From an uncultured Candidatus Saccharibacteria bacterium (GTDB taxonomy: Bacteria > Patescibacteriota > Saccharimonadia > Saccharimonadales > Saccharimonadaceae), in contig CAUUVW010000001.1 in the NCBI GenBank assembly GCA_963548735.1, forward strand, positions 11,602 to 75,601: a stretch of DNA of 64,000 nucleotides, given 5' to 3'. This document shows positions 51,543 to 60,548 of the stretch, piece by piece. The number at the start of each line of letters is the position of its first letter. The first letter of the stretch is position 1. The translations under genes were made by a program, and so were the position numbers. Below the pieces are notes generated by a model that did no database searches, was not told the DNA's origin, and was given only the letters and a program-made list of their open reading frames with translations.

Positions 51543-51629
51543 CTTACCTCCTTTGTCACTTTACACTAGCATACTAAGCCGTGCTAGCTGAAGATTAGCT
51601 AAAGGCTACCCGCTCTCTCGTCACTAAAA

Positions 51630-51654
51630 TAACCACCTCGATAGTAGGTGGTTA
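51630..51654 (-). terminator. Terminator after the tRNA Val-Ala-Val cluster
   Basis: TAACCACCT/AGGTGGTTA inverted repeat with a T-run on the minus strand. Confidence 0.75.
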
Positions 51655-51667
51655 CTCAAATGATATC

Positions 51668-51744
51668 TGGTGGGGCGGAAGAGACTTGAACTCCCGACCT
51701 CTACAGTGTGAATGTAGCGCTCTAGCCGGCTGAGCTACCACCCC
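51668..51744 (-). tRNA. tRNA-Val(CAC)
   Basis: Anticodon arm CTACA-TTCACAC-TGTAG, CCA. Confidence 0.96.
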
Positions 51745-51755
51745 GGAACCCTAAG

Positions 51756-51832
51756 TGGTGGAGCACAGCGGATTCGAACCGCTCACCTCTTCGCTGCCAG
51801 CGAAGCGCTCTAGCCAAATGAGCTAGTGCCCC
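51756..51832 (-). tRNA. tRNA-Ala(GGC)
   Basis: Anticodon arm CTTCG-CTGGCAG-CGAAG, G3:U70, CCA. Confidence 0.96.
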
Positions 51833-51835
51833 AAA

Positions 51836-51912
51836 TGGTGGGTCGCAAGGGGCTCGAACCCCTGACCTCCTCGGTGTAAACGAGGCGCTCTAGCCAGCTG
51901 AGCTAGCAACCC
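51836..51912 (-). tRNA. tRNA-Val(TAC)
   Basis: Anticodon arm CCTCG-TTTACAC-CGAGG, CCA. Confidence 0.96.
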
Positions 51913-51963
51913 ATCTCCTCAGCTGTAGCTATCATAGCACATCGTCGCTCTAAAGCCGAAAAT

Positions 51964-53010
51964 CTAGCAGACCACTCCACCACCCAGGCAGACCTGATCA
52001 TCGTAGATGACCACCGATTGCCCACTGGCTACAGCCCGCTCCGGCTCTTTCAGTGTCACGACCAACCGATCGCTATCCTGCCACCTGACTGACGCTGCTT
52101 TCATCGGGGCACGATGACGCACTCTGACCAAATAATCACCCGTCGCCACCGGCGCCTCGTTGATCCAGCTTAGTTGTGACAAAGTCAGTTCGTTGCGCCA
52201 AAATACTTCACTATCAAGCCGGCGGCTAACATAGACTATGTTGCGCCCCATGTCTTTACCTACCACATAATACGGCAAGCCTCCACCGACATTCAGACCA
52301 TGACGTTGTCCTAGGGTATAGAAGATCGCTCCGTCATGCTCACCCACATGACGACCCGTCTCTTGGTCGATAATCTCGCCGGGCTCAGTCCGAATATATT
52401 GTCTGAGAAAGTCCCGCATGTTCACGGTGCCAACAAAACAAATTCCCTGGGAGTCAGGCTTTCTAGCGGTGCTAAGCCCTAGCCGTGCGGCATCAGCCCG
52501 CACTTCGGCTTTAGTCTGATAACCGCCAAGAGGAAAGATAGTCTGAGCCACCGCCTCGCCGGTAATCCGATACAGAAAATACGTTTGGTCTTTATCTTGG
52601 TTGACTGCCCGCATTAGCCGACTTCCCTGCGAGCGGGCATAGTGTCCCGTCGCAATTTGCTCTGCGCCGTCCCTAAGTGCCGCCTGGCGAAATAGCCCAA
52701 ATTTAACCTCCTGATTACACATGATATCCGGGTTTGGCGTCCGACCCGCCTGATATTCCCCGATCATATAATCAACTACCAGCTGCTTATATTCATGACG
52801 AAAATCAAATACTTTGAAGGGGATGCCCAAATGAACTGCCACCCGCTTAGCATCAGCTAAGTCGTCAGCCCACGGACAACGCATACCGGGCACATCATTG
52901 ATCCAGTTCTGCATGTAGACGCCCGTCACATCGTAGCCCTGTCGGACCAGCAAGGCCGCAGTTAATGACGAGTCCACCCCGCCCGACATACCAACGTAGA
53001 CTCGGCTCAT
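51964..53010 (-). CDS. mnmA: tRNA 2-thiouridylase MnmA
   Basis: SGGVDS, TPNPDIMCN, ATGHYA, KDQTYFL, DSQGICF, TLGQR. Confidence 0.97.
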   Translation of the reverse strand: MSRVYVGMSGGVDSSLTAALLVRQGYDVTGVYMQNWINDVPGMRCPWADDLADAKRVAVHLGIPFKVFDFRHEYKQLVVDYMIGEYQAGRTPNPDIMCNQEVKFGLFRQAALRDGAEQIATGHYARSQGSRLMRAVNQDKDQTYFLYRITGEAVAQTIFPLGGYQTKAEVRADAARLGLSTARKPDSQGICFVGTVNMRDFLRQYIRTEPGEIIDQETGRHVGEHDGAIFYTLGQRHGLNVGGGLPYYVVGKDMGRNIVYVSRRLDSEVFWRNELTLSQLSWINEAPVATGDYLVRVRHRAPMKAASVRWQDSDRLVVTLKEPERAVASGQSVVIYDDQVCLGGGVVC

Positions 53011-53609
53011 TCTGACTCTGCGTTCACTTTAGCGATGCCGAGTAGCTCGGTAATAGCGATAGCCCAACCGCGTTTGGTTAAGAACCACCTATGCCACAGT
53101 TTGTCGTTAGCCGGCATAGTCCGGTAGTAAATCGTGTCATCGACATACTCAAAGTTGAGCTTAACTCTCTTGAGATGGTACGGGCTGCTGACCAGGATAA
53201 CATTCTTAGCTCGCAGTTCATGCAAGATCTTGACCGTATTCTCAGCATTCTCTTTGGTGTCTCGACTCTTCTCCTCTACGGTAATCAGACGCTTGGGTAT
53301 GCCGGCCTCAATAGCTAGCCGTCGCATCGCCTCGGCGTTTGAGATAGAATCAGGGTCGGCTGAAGCACCGCTAAAAATAATGTGTCGAGCCCAGCCCGCC
53401 TTAAAGAGCCGAATAGCCATAATCGCTCGAGCTTCGGTGTCGCCTCCACTGACCGCTACGATGGTATCCGCCGTGGTGCAGTTGTCTAATACCGAGGGAG
53501 CGACACAGGCCGACAGATCATCTTCATTCAAAACCCGGTTGATCGTACAGACGACTATCACCAATACCACTACGATTGACCCGGCCAGCACTGCCAGTTT
53601 ACGTCCCAT
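53007..53609 (-). CDS. YdcF/DUF218 family protein with N-terminal TM helix
   Basis: IIFSG, SNAEAM, EEKSRDTKENA, LVSSPYHLKR. Confidence 0.85.
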   Translation of the reverse strand: MGRKLAVLAGSIVVVLVIVVCTINRVLNEDDLSACVAPSVLDNCTTADTIVAVSGGDTEARAIMAIRLFKAGWARHIIFSGASADPDSISNAEAMRRLAIEAGIPKRLITVEEKSRDTKENAENTVKILHELRAKNVILVSSPYHLKRVKLNFEYVDDTIYYRTMPANDKLWHRWFLTKRGWAIAITELLGIAKVNAESE

Positions 53610-54750
53610 ATCCTACCACCCCAAATTTGCTCTGCTCGCTGACGGCTCGTACGATTAGCTCGCTTGCTTGTGCTACATCGTCCTCAGTCGTTGGTCGACC
53701 GAGCGACAAACGAAGCGACCCATCCACCTCAGCCTCACTTCGCCCCATAGCCAGCAAGACGTGGCTACGACGCCCTTTGTTTGCGGCACAGGCGGATCCT
53801 GTTGCCACTTGCACTCCCAGCTCATCCAGAGCGAAGACCACTCTCTCGCCGTCCACTCCGGCGAGAGAAATATTGAGGATGGCGGGCGAATTATTGTCAC
53901 TCTCATTAAAACGAATACCTGCCAAATGCTTCATTAGGCTCTGCTTCAGACTCTGACGCAGCTGACTCAAGCGCCCGACCTCACTGTGGCGACGCTCCTC
54001 CGCCAGCACCAGAGCCTTAGCGAAGCCAATGATACCGGCTACATTTTCCGTACCACCCCGTAGCCCCATCTCTTGGCCGCCGCCGATAATCAAAGGTTTG
54101 AGCTTGACTCCCGCCCGGACATAGAGTAGCCCCACCTGCTTTGGACCATAGCACTTAGCGGCATTAAGGGTCAGCAAATCAACCCCCAGCCTGGCTACAT
54201 TGAGATCCAGTAGTCCCGCCGCCTGCGAGGCGTCGCTATGCAGCCGGATCGGCTGAGCTACATTACGTTTTCGCCGATCAGCCCTCACTTGGTCTATGAC
54301 CGTGGCAATATCTTTTAGCGGCTGAACAACACCGGTCTCACCATTAACATAACCGACCGACACCAGACCAACCTCATCATCAATTGACTCCGCCAGCTGC
54401 TTTAGCTCCACCCGACCATCAGGCCGAACAGGCAAGATTACGCCGCCTCCAGCCTGCACCGCATTGAGCACAGCCGGATGCTCCGTCGCCAGAGTTATCA
54501 CCTTGCCCGAGACTCCATTTAGCGCCAGATTAACCGATTCAGTCGCTCCGGCAGTCATCACCACCTCAGCCGACCTAGCTCCAATGCAACGAGCCAGCTC
54601 AGATCTGGCTCGTTCGACATCTTGTCGCACCTTCGTCGCTGAAAGATACGGCGCTGATGGATTGTAAAACTTATCAGTGAAGTAGGGCATCATCGCCCGA
54701 AGAACCCGCTCATCCATCGGAGTAGCAGCTGCATAATCTAAATAAACCAT
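53599..54750 (-). CDS. iscS: Cysteine desulfurase (IscS/NifS group I)
   Basis: YLDYAAATP, NPS, HSDASQ, PLP lysine in AAKCYGP, RGGTEN, GSAC. Confidence 0.9.
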   Translation of the reverse strand: MVYLDYAAATPMDERVLRAMMPYFTDKFYNPSAPYLSATKVRQDVERARSELARCIGARSAEVVMTAGATESVNLALNGVSGKVITLATEHPAVLNAVQAGGGVILPVRPDGRVELKQLAESIDDEVGLVSVGYVNGETGVVQPLKDIATVIDQVRADRRKRNVAQPIRLHSDASQAAGLLDLNVARLGVDLLTLNAAKCYGPKQVGLLYVRAGVKLKPLIIGGGQEMGLRGGTENVAGIIGFAKALVLAEERRHSEVGRLSQLRQSLKQSLMKHLAGIRFNESDNNSPAILNISLAGVDGERVVFALDELGVQVATGSACAANKGRRSHVLLAMGRSEAEVDGSLRLSLGRPTTEDDVAQASELIVRAVSEQSKFGVVGYGT

Positions 54751-54882
54751 TACCTCTATGATACCACTAGATTACTCAGCCACCATATAGCTCCCCTCGC
54801 CTATCGCGACCAGACCAAAACTAGTTGTGCTACCCCAGTGCCGACGCAAGCAACGCACATCCTTTGTCTACCCAAGCTATCC

Positions 54883-56241
54883 TTATCCTGACGTCGGTAG
54901 AACAACCTGCTTATCCATCCCTAGCGCTTGAGCCAGAGCCTCATCGTGAGTAGCATAGATGATCGCCCCAGGGTACTCCGCTAGAGCTCGCTCAATATTC
55001 TCCCTAGCCCGGATATCCAGATGGTTGGTTAGTTCATCAATGATTATCAGATCAAGTCGATCCAAGATTAGTTTTAAGACCGCCATCTTGGTTAGCTGTC
55101 CTCGTGACAATTGATTGAGTGGCACTGCCACTGCAGTTGGGCTCAGATCCATAGTTGAGGCAGCTTGGTAAACTTCGCCGGCGTTATCATTAGTTTGATC
55201 CAGCAAACTTTGTTCAAGATTTAGCCCATAGACACCCTGCGCCACATAGCCATAGCGCACATCGGTCGTTATCTTGACAGTGCCGCTGTCCGGAGCCAGC
55301 TGACCGATAATAATTCGCAGCAAGGTCGTCTTGCCCGTCCCGTTATCACCGACAATTCTGACTCGCTCACCCGTTCGCACGGTAAAGCTGATATCTCGAA
55401 ATAGGCTCTTCCGGTAACTCTTAGTCAAGCCGTCTACCGCTAAAATCCGGCGGTCGCCCAGCTGTTCAGCAGTAAAGTTAGCCCGATAGGCCTTACGTAC
55501 GGTCGGCTTCTCGATACCGGCCAGCTGATCCAGCCTGGTCTTGACAGCTCGAATTTCCTTGCCGGCTCTACTTTGCGTTGCATTCTTTGCATTATTAAAG
55601 CCCATTTTGCTTTCGCACTTCAATTTGTCGAAACGCTTGTTCTCTGTCTTATGCGCTCGTGACCGAGCCACCGCCATACGTTTATTTAAGTGTTTACGCT
55701 CTAACCTTGCCTTAGTATATTCTCCCCACTGCTCCATTTCAGCCTGTTTGATCCGCTCTTGATAGTCGCCGTAGTTGCCTCCATACAGTTGAGCTTTGCC
55801 GGCCTTGATCACCACCAAGCTACTAGCCACAGCGTCAATGAAACGCCGATCGTGACTAACTATTATTGCCAGACCGTTAAATCGTCGTAGTTCGTCTACT
55901 AGCCATCGCCTCGCTTGAGCGTCCAGATTATTAGTCGGCTCGTCCAGCAGCAAACAATCATAGTGAGCCTCAAACAGCTCCCTTAGCTTAGCTCGGACGA
56001 CCTCTCCACCTGACAGGGTATCGTCATGGTGATCTTGTGGCAGATAGCCTACCCGTCCCGTCAACCGGATTGAACCATCGTCCGGAGTCAATTGACCGGC
56101 AATCAAACGTAGCAAGGTCGTCTTGCCTGTTCCATTATCACCGATAACGGCCACTAGCCCCCGACTGGGTAGATTTAAGCTGAGTCGATCAAGTATCGTC
56201 TCGCTACTATAAGAAAAAGATAGGTTAGAGATTTTAAGCAT
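54883..56241 (-). CDS. ABC-F family ATPase with an architecture like antibiotic-resistance (Vga/Msr-type) proteins
   Basis: Two NBDs (GDNGTGKT twice; DEPTNNLD, DELTNHLD), no TM segments, arm-less NBD1, long basic interdomain linker. Confidence 0.8.
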   Translation of the reverse strand: MLKISNLSFSYSSETILDRLSLNLPSRGLVAVIGDNGTGKTTLLRLIAGQLTPDDGSIRLTGRVGYLPQDHHDDTLSGGEVVRAKLRELFEAHYDCLLLDEPTNNLDAQARRWLVDELRRFNGLAIIVSHDRRFIDAVASSLVVIKAGKAQLYGGNYGDYQERIKQAEMEQWGEYTKARLERKHLNKRMAVARSRAHKTENKRFDKLKCESKMGFNNAKNATQSRAGKEIRAVKTRLDQLAGIEKPTVRKAYRANFTAEQLGDRRILAVDGLTKSYRKSLFRDISFTVRTGERVRIVGDNGTGKTTLLRIIIGQLAPDSGTVKITTDVRYGYVAQGVYGLNLEQSLLDQTNDNAGEVYQAASTMDLSPTAVAVPLNQLSRGQLTKMAVLKLILDRLDLIIIDELTNHLDIRARENIERALAEYPGAIIYATHDEALAQALGMDKQVVLPTSG

Positions 56242-56315
56242 AGAACACCTTTCACAGATTAAACTAATTTGCCCCTAGTTGAGTGTTCTATAATTTCATA
56301 CTTAGCATTATACCA
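56240..56315 (-). promoter_or_regulatory. Promoter, 3-codon uORF (MKL) and SD-sequestering hairpin; putative attenuator
   Basis: TGGTATAAT-N7-ATGAAATTATAG; ATAGAACAC pairs with GTGTTCTAT over the SD/start. Confidence 0.7.
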
Positions 56316-56380
56316 TACGCCGATGCTGCTCAGCTTAAGTAATCCGGTGCTCATAGATTGAACCGGCTGGGCTTGGCCAT

Positions 56381-56414
56381 AAAAATAGCAGCCTCTTCTG
56401 AGGCTACTATTTTT
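56381..56414. terminator. Intrinsic terminator
   Basis: AAAAATAGCAGCCTC-TTCT-GAGGCTACTATTTTT. Confidence 0.85.
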
Positions 56415-56438
56415 ACGCTAAAGATCTCTACCGATCTA

Positions 56439-57179
56439 CTAGGCTTCAGCTGCAGTGTTGGGAGCTGCCGGCACAGGTGACTTACCTTTATTCTTATTGA
56501 CAGCTGGTCGAGCCGGTTGACCTGGCTGAGCGGGGTTGCCCGGAGTACCTGGGTTACCCGGCTGAGCAGGATTACCGCCACCGGCAATCTTCTTGTAGGT
56601 TACTACCACAGTCTTATCGCTATCCATAGCTATATTTAGAGTATCACCGGTCACATTAGCTACCGAACCGTTGACCGTCACTTTGTCGATCTCGTAGCCG
56701 GATTCCGGTGTGAAGACAACGGCCTCCATGCTACCTGCCGCAATATTCGTCTTACTGGGCGAGATCGTACCGTGACCACCGTTAACACTAGTATTTAGGC
56801 TATATGTGGTCGGCGTACCAGGCTTAAACATAGCTTTGACGTTGACCGATTTGTCCGGCATGATGAAGGTAGTAACCGGGCTGGTCTTACTGGCTAGATC
56901 GCTAAGATTAATACCTTCTAATACAACCCAGGCATCAAACACCTGACCGGCCGGTGCAGGATCAGCCACAAGCTGAATGGTCTGACCGGCCGCTGCAGCT
57001 ACCACGCTGGTGCCACCAAGCTTGGCGGTACCATTAGTCACATGAATGGGGTATGTGGTATCCGCTTTCGCCGGTTGCGAAAGTGTCGAGACTACGCCGA
57101 GCATCATCGCCGGCACCAACACTAGCGCCAGTAGCAGCGTCGCCAGTCTGCTTCGCTTCCTCGTACATGTTATTTTCAT
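56439..57179 (-). CDS. Secreted/surface protein with two InlB B-repeat-like beta domains and a Pro/Gly tail
   Basis: Signal peptide ending in AKA; GQVFDAW..FIMP..V.V.A.F; PESGYEIDKVTVNG; PGNPGTPGNPAQPG. Confidence 0.75.
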   Translation of the reverse strand: MKITCTRKRSRLATLLLALVLVPAMMLGVVSTLSQPAKADTTYPIHVTNGTAKLGGTSVVAAAAGQTIQLVADPAPAGQVFDAWVVLEGINLSDLASKTSPVTTFIMPDKSVNVKAMFKPGTPTTYSLNTSVNGGHGTISPSKTNIAAGSMEAVVFTPESGYEIDKVTVNGSVANVTGDTLNIAMDSDKTVVVTYKKIAGGGNPAQPGNPGTPGNPAQPGQPARPAVNKNKGKSPVPAAPNTAAEA

Positions 57180-57354
57180 TTTTCCTCCTTTAGTCAGATA
57201 TCAATCCAAGTCATAATCAGACTCAGACCTTAACTTATCGCAAGTTATAATCAAATGCACTAGCTATAGCTTAATCCGGCTGCCCCCTTTACTCCTTATA
57301 ACCTAAAACAGGCACTAACCCCGTTTACTCCAGTATAGCATAAAAGCTAACGCC

Positions 57355-58206
57355 CTAGCCGAGCCCGGCATCAGGAGTTGACAGATGAAATATTCGTTCG
57401 GCATTACCGGCCACCACTTCTGTCAGCTGCGCTAGAGGCACACCTCGCACTTCAGCTAATCGCTCAGCAATCTGCCGGATGTATTTCGGTTGATTCGTCT
57501 TACCTCGATAGGGTACGGGCGCCAGGTAGGGTGAATCGGTCTCTAGTACCACTTGATCAAGCGGGACGGTCCGATACACCTCCGCCAAGGTCGGGTCACG
57601 GTTAAAGGTGATAATACCGTTAACGCCGATACTCAAGTCACGCTTAAGCGCCTGCTCGAGATTAGCTTGACTGTCGGTAAAAGAATGCACCACTCCACTG
57701 ACGCCCTGCGGAAAATTACTAAGTAGTGCCCAGAAATCAGCAAAGGCATCACCGTAGTCGCCGGATCGAACATGAAGCGACAGCGGCAAAGCATTGTCGA
57801 GCGACAGCTGAATCAACGCTTCGAGAGCCTCCAATTGCTTAGTAGGTGGGACGGTGTCATAACAATAATCCAGCCCGACCTCGCCTACCGCCGCAATCAC
57901 CCGCCTGTTGGTGTCAATTAGTGTCTGCAACCGATCAATATCGCTAGGACGAAAGTCGCCCGCCTGATGAGGATAAATCCCTACACCGGCTCTGAGTATC
58001 AGCCCCTCGGGCTGACCTTGCTTCAGTGCATAGCGAACCGCCAGTTCACTATCCGCCGGGTCGCACCCCATGGTAATGATCTGACTAACGCCACTACCTA
58101 AAGCAGACGTCAGCACTTCGCTCGGATTCAGTGGGTAATCCGAGCTATGGATATGACAGTGCGTATCCGCCAGACATCCGGCCCTAGTCATGCTTAGCCG
58201 ATTCAC
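57355..58206 (-). CDS. tatD: TatD family DNase (start may be a few codons downstream)
   Basis: DTHCH, GIYPH, GEVGLD, HSF, LETDSPYL. Confidence 0.95.
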   Translation of the reverse strand: MNRLSMTRAGCLADTHCHIHSSDYPLNPSEVLTSALGSGVSQIITMGCDPADSELAVRYALKQGQPEGLILRAGVGIYPHQAGDFRPSDIDRLQTLIDTNRRVIAAVGEVGLDYCYDTVPPTKQLEALEALIQLSLDNALPLSLHVRSGDYGDAFADFWALLSNFPQGVSGVVHSFTDSQANLEQALKRDLSIGVNGIITFNRDPTLAEVYRTVPLDQVVLETDSPYLAPVPYRGKTNQPKYIRQIAERLAEVRGVPLAQLTEVVAGNAERIFHLSTPDAGLG

Positions 58207-59734
58207 CGTGAAGATACTTTTTGGGGAAGATAATCGGCGTAGTCTCCGGCACGCTGTCGCCTCCGACTGCCTGATGGAGCTGCTGAGCGGTATCAGGTAG
58301 GAAAGGTGATAGATACTTGGCTACCAGCAGCAACCCATTAACCAATGTCGAGAATACTTGATCCAGTCGAGCCTGTCTCTCTGACTTATCCTCCAGCCTT
58401 GCTACCCGCCAGGGTGCCGAACGTTCAATGTATTGGTTTAGTTCATGGACATACTCCATGATAGCCAGCACGGCATCATGCAGATTAAGTCCGTCCATCG
58501 CCACCTTATAGTTACCCAGCAAGGTCTCCGCCTGGTCTTTCAGCTCATTATCATCGCCGACAAAGCTTAGATTACCACCAAAGTACTTGCGAATCATGGC
58601 GATCACCCTGGCCAGCAGATTACCCAAGTCGTTGGCCAGCTCACCGTTATAGGCTGACTCAAACTTATCCCAGCTAAAGTCGCCATCCTCAAACGTTGGC
58701 ACATGCGCCGTAAAATAGTAGCGAAAGGCGTCAACACCATAGTCGTCAATAATTTCCAGCGGGCTAACCACATTACCGATCGACTTACTCATTTTGCTAC
58801 CATCGACATTGATAAAGCCGTGTACCATCAGTTTCTCAGGCAAAGGCAAGCCTAGCGCCAAAAGCATAGCCGGCCAGATAATCGCATGGAAGCGCAGGAT
58901 ATCCTTGCCAACGATCTCAACCTGAGCCGGCCAATAGTCATCATGCCACTTTTCGTCCGGATACCCCAGTACTGTTAGATAATTAGATAGAGCATCGACC
59001 CAGACATACATCACTTGTGACGGATCACCGGGTACTGCCACTCCCCAGCTTAATTTGTCGGCAGGTCGTGAGATAGAGACATCCTGCGCCCCATCTTTTA
59101 ATAGCTCCAGGAGCTCTTTGCCCCGAAACTCCGGTACAACAGCCGCCTTAATGAACTCTCTGAGCTGATCGGTAAACTTAGATACCGCCAGGTAATAATT
59201 ATCTTCACTCAGCTTTTCGTATGGCCTACTATGATCAGGACAAATAAAATCATGTTCTCGAGCCTCGCTCTCAGTCACAAAAGCCTCACAGCCGGCACAG
59301 TACCAGCCCTGATAAGTCGATTTATAGATCACCCCCGCCTGATCCAACCGACGCCAGATAGTCTGAACTCGCTTGACATGGAGCGGGTCGGATGTACGAA
59401 TGTTAACAATATTCTGAGCAGCAAAATCCTGCTTGGCCAGCTCCGCCCCGATCTGACTAAGCGGTGCGCCGAAATTCAGCTCAAGTGCCTGACGCATTTG
59501 CTGAAACTCAGGCTGAAGCTGATCAACCAGCTGTTGAGGCGTCTGCCCGCTCGCTGCCGCCTTCTGCTCAATCTTAGTACCGTGCTCATCCGTCCCGATG
59601 GATAGCTTTGCCTGCTTGCCCCTGAGCAGCTGGTAGCGCAACAAGATATCGCCGTATAGGTAATCAATCGCTGTACCGATATGCGGTGCGGCATTAGCGT
59701 AAGGAATCGCTGTCGTTAGATAGTACTTTGTCAT
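58184..59734 (-). CDS. metG: Methionine--tRNA ligase, short form
   Basis: PHIGT, GTDEHG, YVWVDAL, GKDILRFH, KMSKS. Confidence 0.97.
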   Translation of the reverse strand: MTKYYLTTAIPYANAAPHIGTAIDYLYGDILLRYQLLRGKQAKLSIGTDEHGTKIEQKAAASGQTPQQLVDQLQPEFQQMRQALELNFGAPLSQIGAELAKQDFAAQNIVNIRTSDPLHVKRVQTIWRRLDQAGVIYKSTYQGWYCAGCEAFVTESEAREHDFICPDHSRPYEKLSEDNYYLAVSKFTDQLREFIKAAVVPEFRGKELLELLKDGAQDVSISRPADKLSWGVAVPGDPSQVMYVWVDALSNYLTVLGYPDEKWHDDYWPAQVEIVGKDILRFHAIIWPAMLLALGLPLPEKLMVHGFINVDGSKMSKSIGNVVSPLEIIDDYGVDAFRYYFTAHVPTFEDGDFSWDKFESAYNGELANDLGNLLARVIAMIRKYFGGNLSFVGDDNELKDQAETLLGNYKVAMDGLNLHDAVLAIMEYVHELNQYIERSAPWRVARLEDKSERQARLDQVFSTLVNGLLLVAKYLSPFLPDTAQQLHQAVGGDSVPETTPIIFPKKYLHGESAKHD

Positions 59735-59746
59735 ATTTTCATTATA

Positions 59747-60538
59747 CTATTTAGCCACCTTGGTCAAGCGTTGCCAATCAGCAATACTTAACTCCTGGGC
59801 TCGCCGGTCAGGGTCGATATCAGCTAGCCACAAAAGTCTTGCCGTTTCCGCCTTAGTGGTACGTAGTCCCAGCGCCAGACTGGAGAGGAGCTTCTTGCGT
59901 CTCTGGCAAAATCCCGCCCGACAAACGGTAAAGAACCGCTCAAGCTCGGCTGCCGGGATCAACGGATCGGAGCGACGATGCATAATCACCACCTGTGAAT
60001 CGACCTTAGGCGCCGGATCGAACAGCTCAGCCGGCACCTTAACTCCTAGCTCTACACGAGCGAAGAGTTGCACTGAGATAGCTAAAAGCGACAGCTGTCC
60101 CGGTGTAGCCACTAGCCGCTGAGCTACTTCTCGTTGCACTAATATCACTGCTAAACTAGGCTGGTTGGCGCTAGCCCACAGCTTCTCCATGATCCTTGAA
60201 GTGAGATAGTAGGGGATATTCGCCACTACTTTGTAATTCGCCGGCAAATCCCCTAGGTCATAGTCCATAATGTCCGCCCGCACTAACTCCAGATTCGTCG
60301 GTTGACTACCCATTAGCCCTGCTACTCGATTCTCCAGTTGCCCCGCCAAAGTACAATCATACTCGACCGCCACCACCCGTCCGGCTCGCCGGCACAACTG
60401 AGCCGTCAATGTACCCGGACCCGGACCAATCTCCAGTACCGTATCCCGGCCGGTTAGTTCCCCGTAGCCGGCAATAGTCGACAATATCGACCGGTCGCAC
60501 AGGAAGTTCTGCCCCAGTTCTTTCTTCGCTCGAATCAC
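59747..60538 (-). CDS. rsmA: 16S rRNA dimethyladenosine transferase RsmA/KsgA
   Basis: KKELGQNFL, EIGPGPG, ANIPYY, PAPKVDS. Confidence 0.97.
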   Translation of the reverse strand: MIRAKKELGQNFLCDRSILSTIAGYGELTGRDTVLEIGPGPGTLTAQLCRRAGRVVAVEYDCTLAGQLENRVAGLMGSQPTNLELVRADIMDYDLGDLPANYKVVANIPYYLTSRIMEKLWASANQPSLAVILVQREVAQRLVATPGQLSLLAISVQLFARVELGVKVPAELFDPAPKVDSQVVIMHRRSDPLIPAAELERFFTVCRAGFCQRRKKLLSSLALGLRTTKAETARLLWLADIDPDRRAQELSIADWQRLTKVAK

Positions 60539-60548
60539 ATTGATCGCC

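Noticed and set aside
45176..51912. Prophage or integrative element at the tRNA clusters
   Set aside because: No integrase, phage genes or duplicated tRNA 3' ends seen
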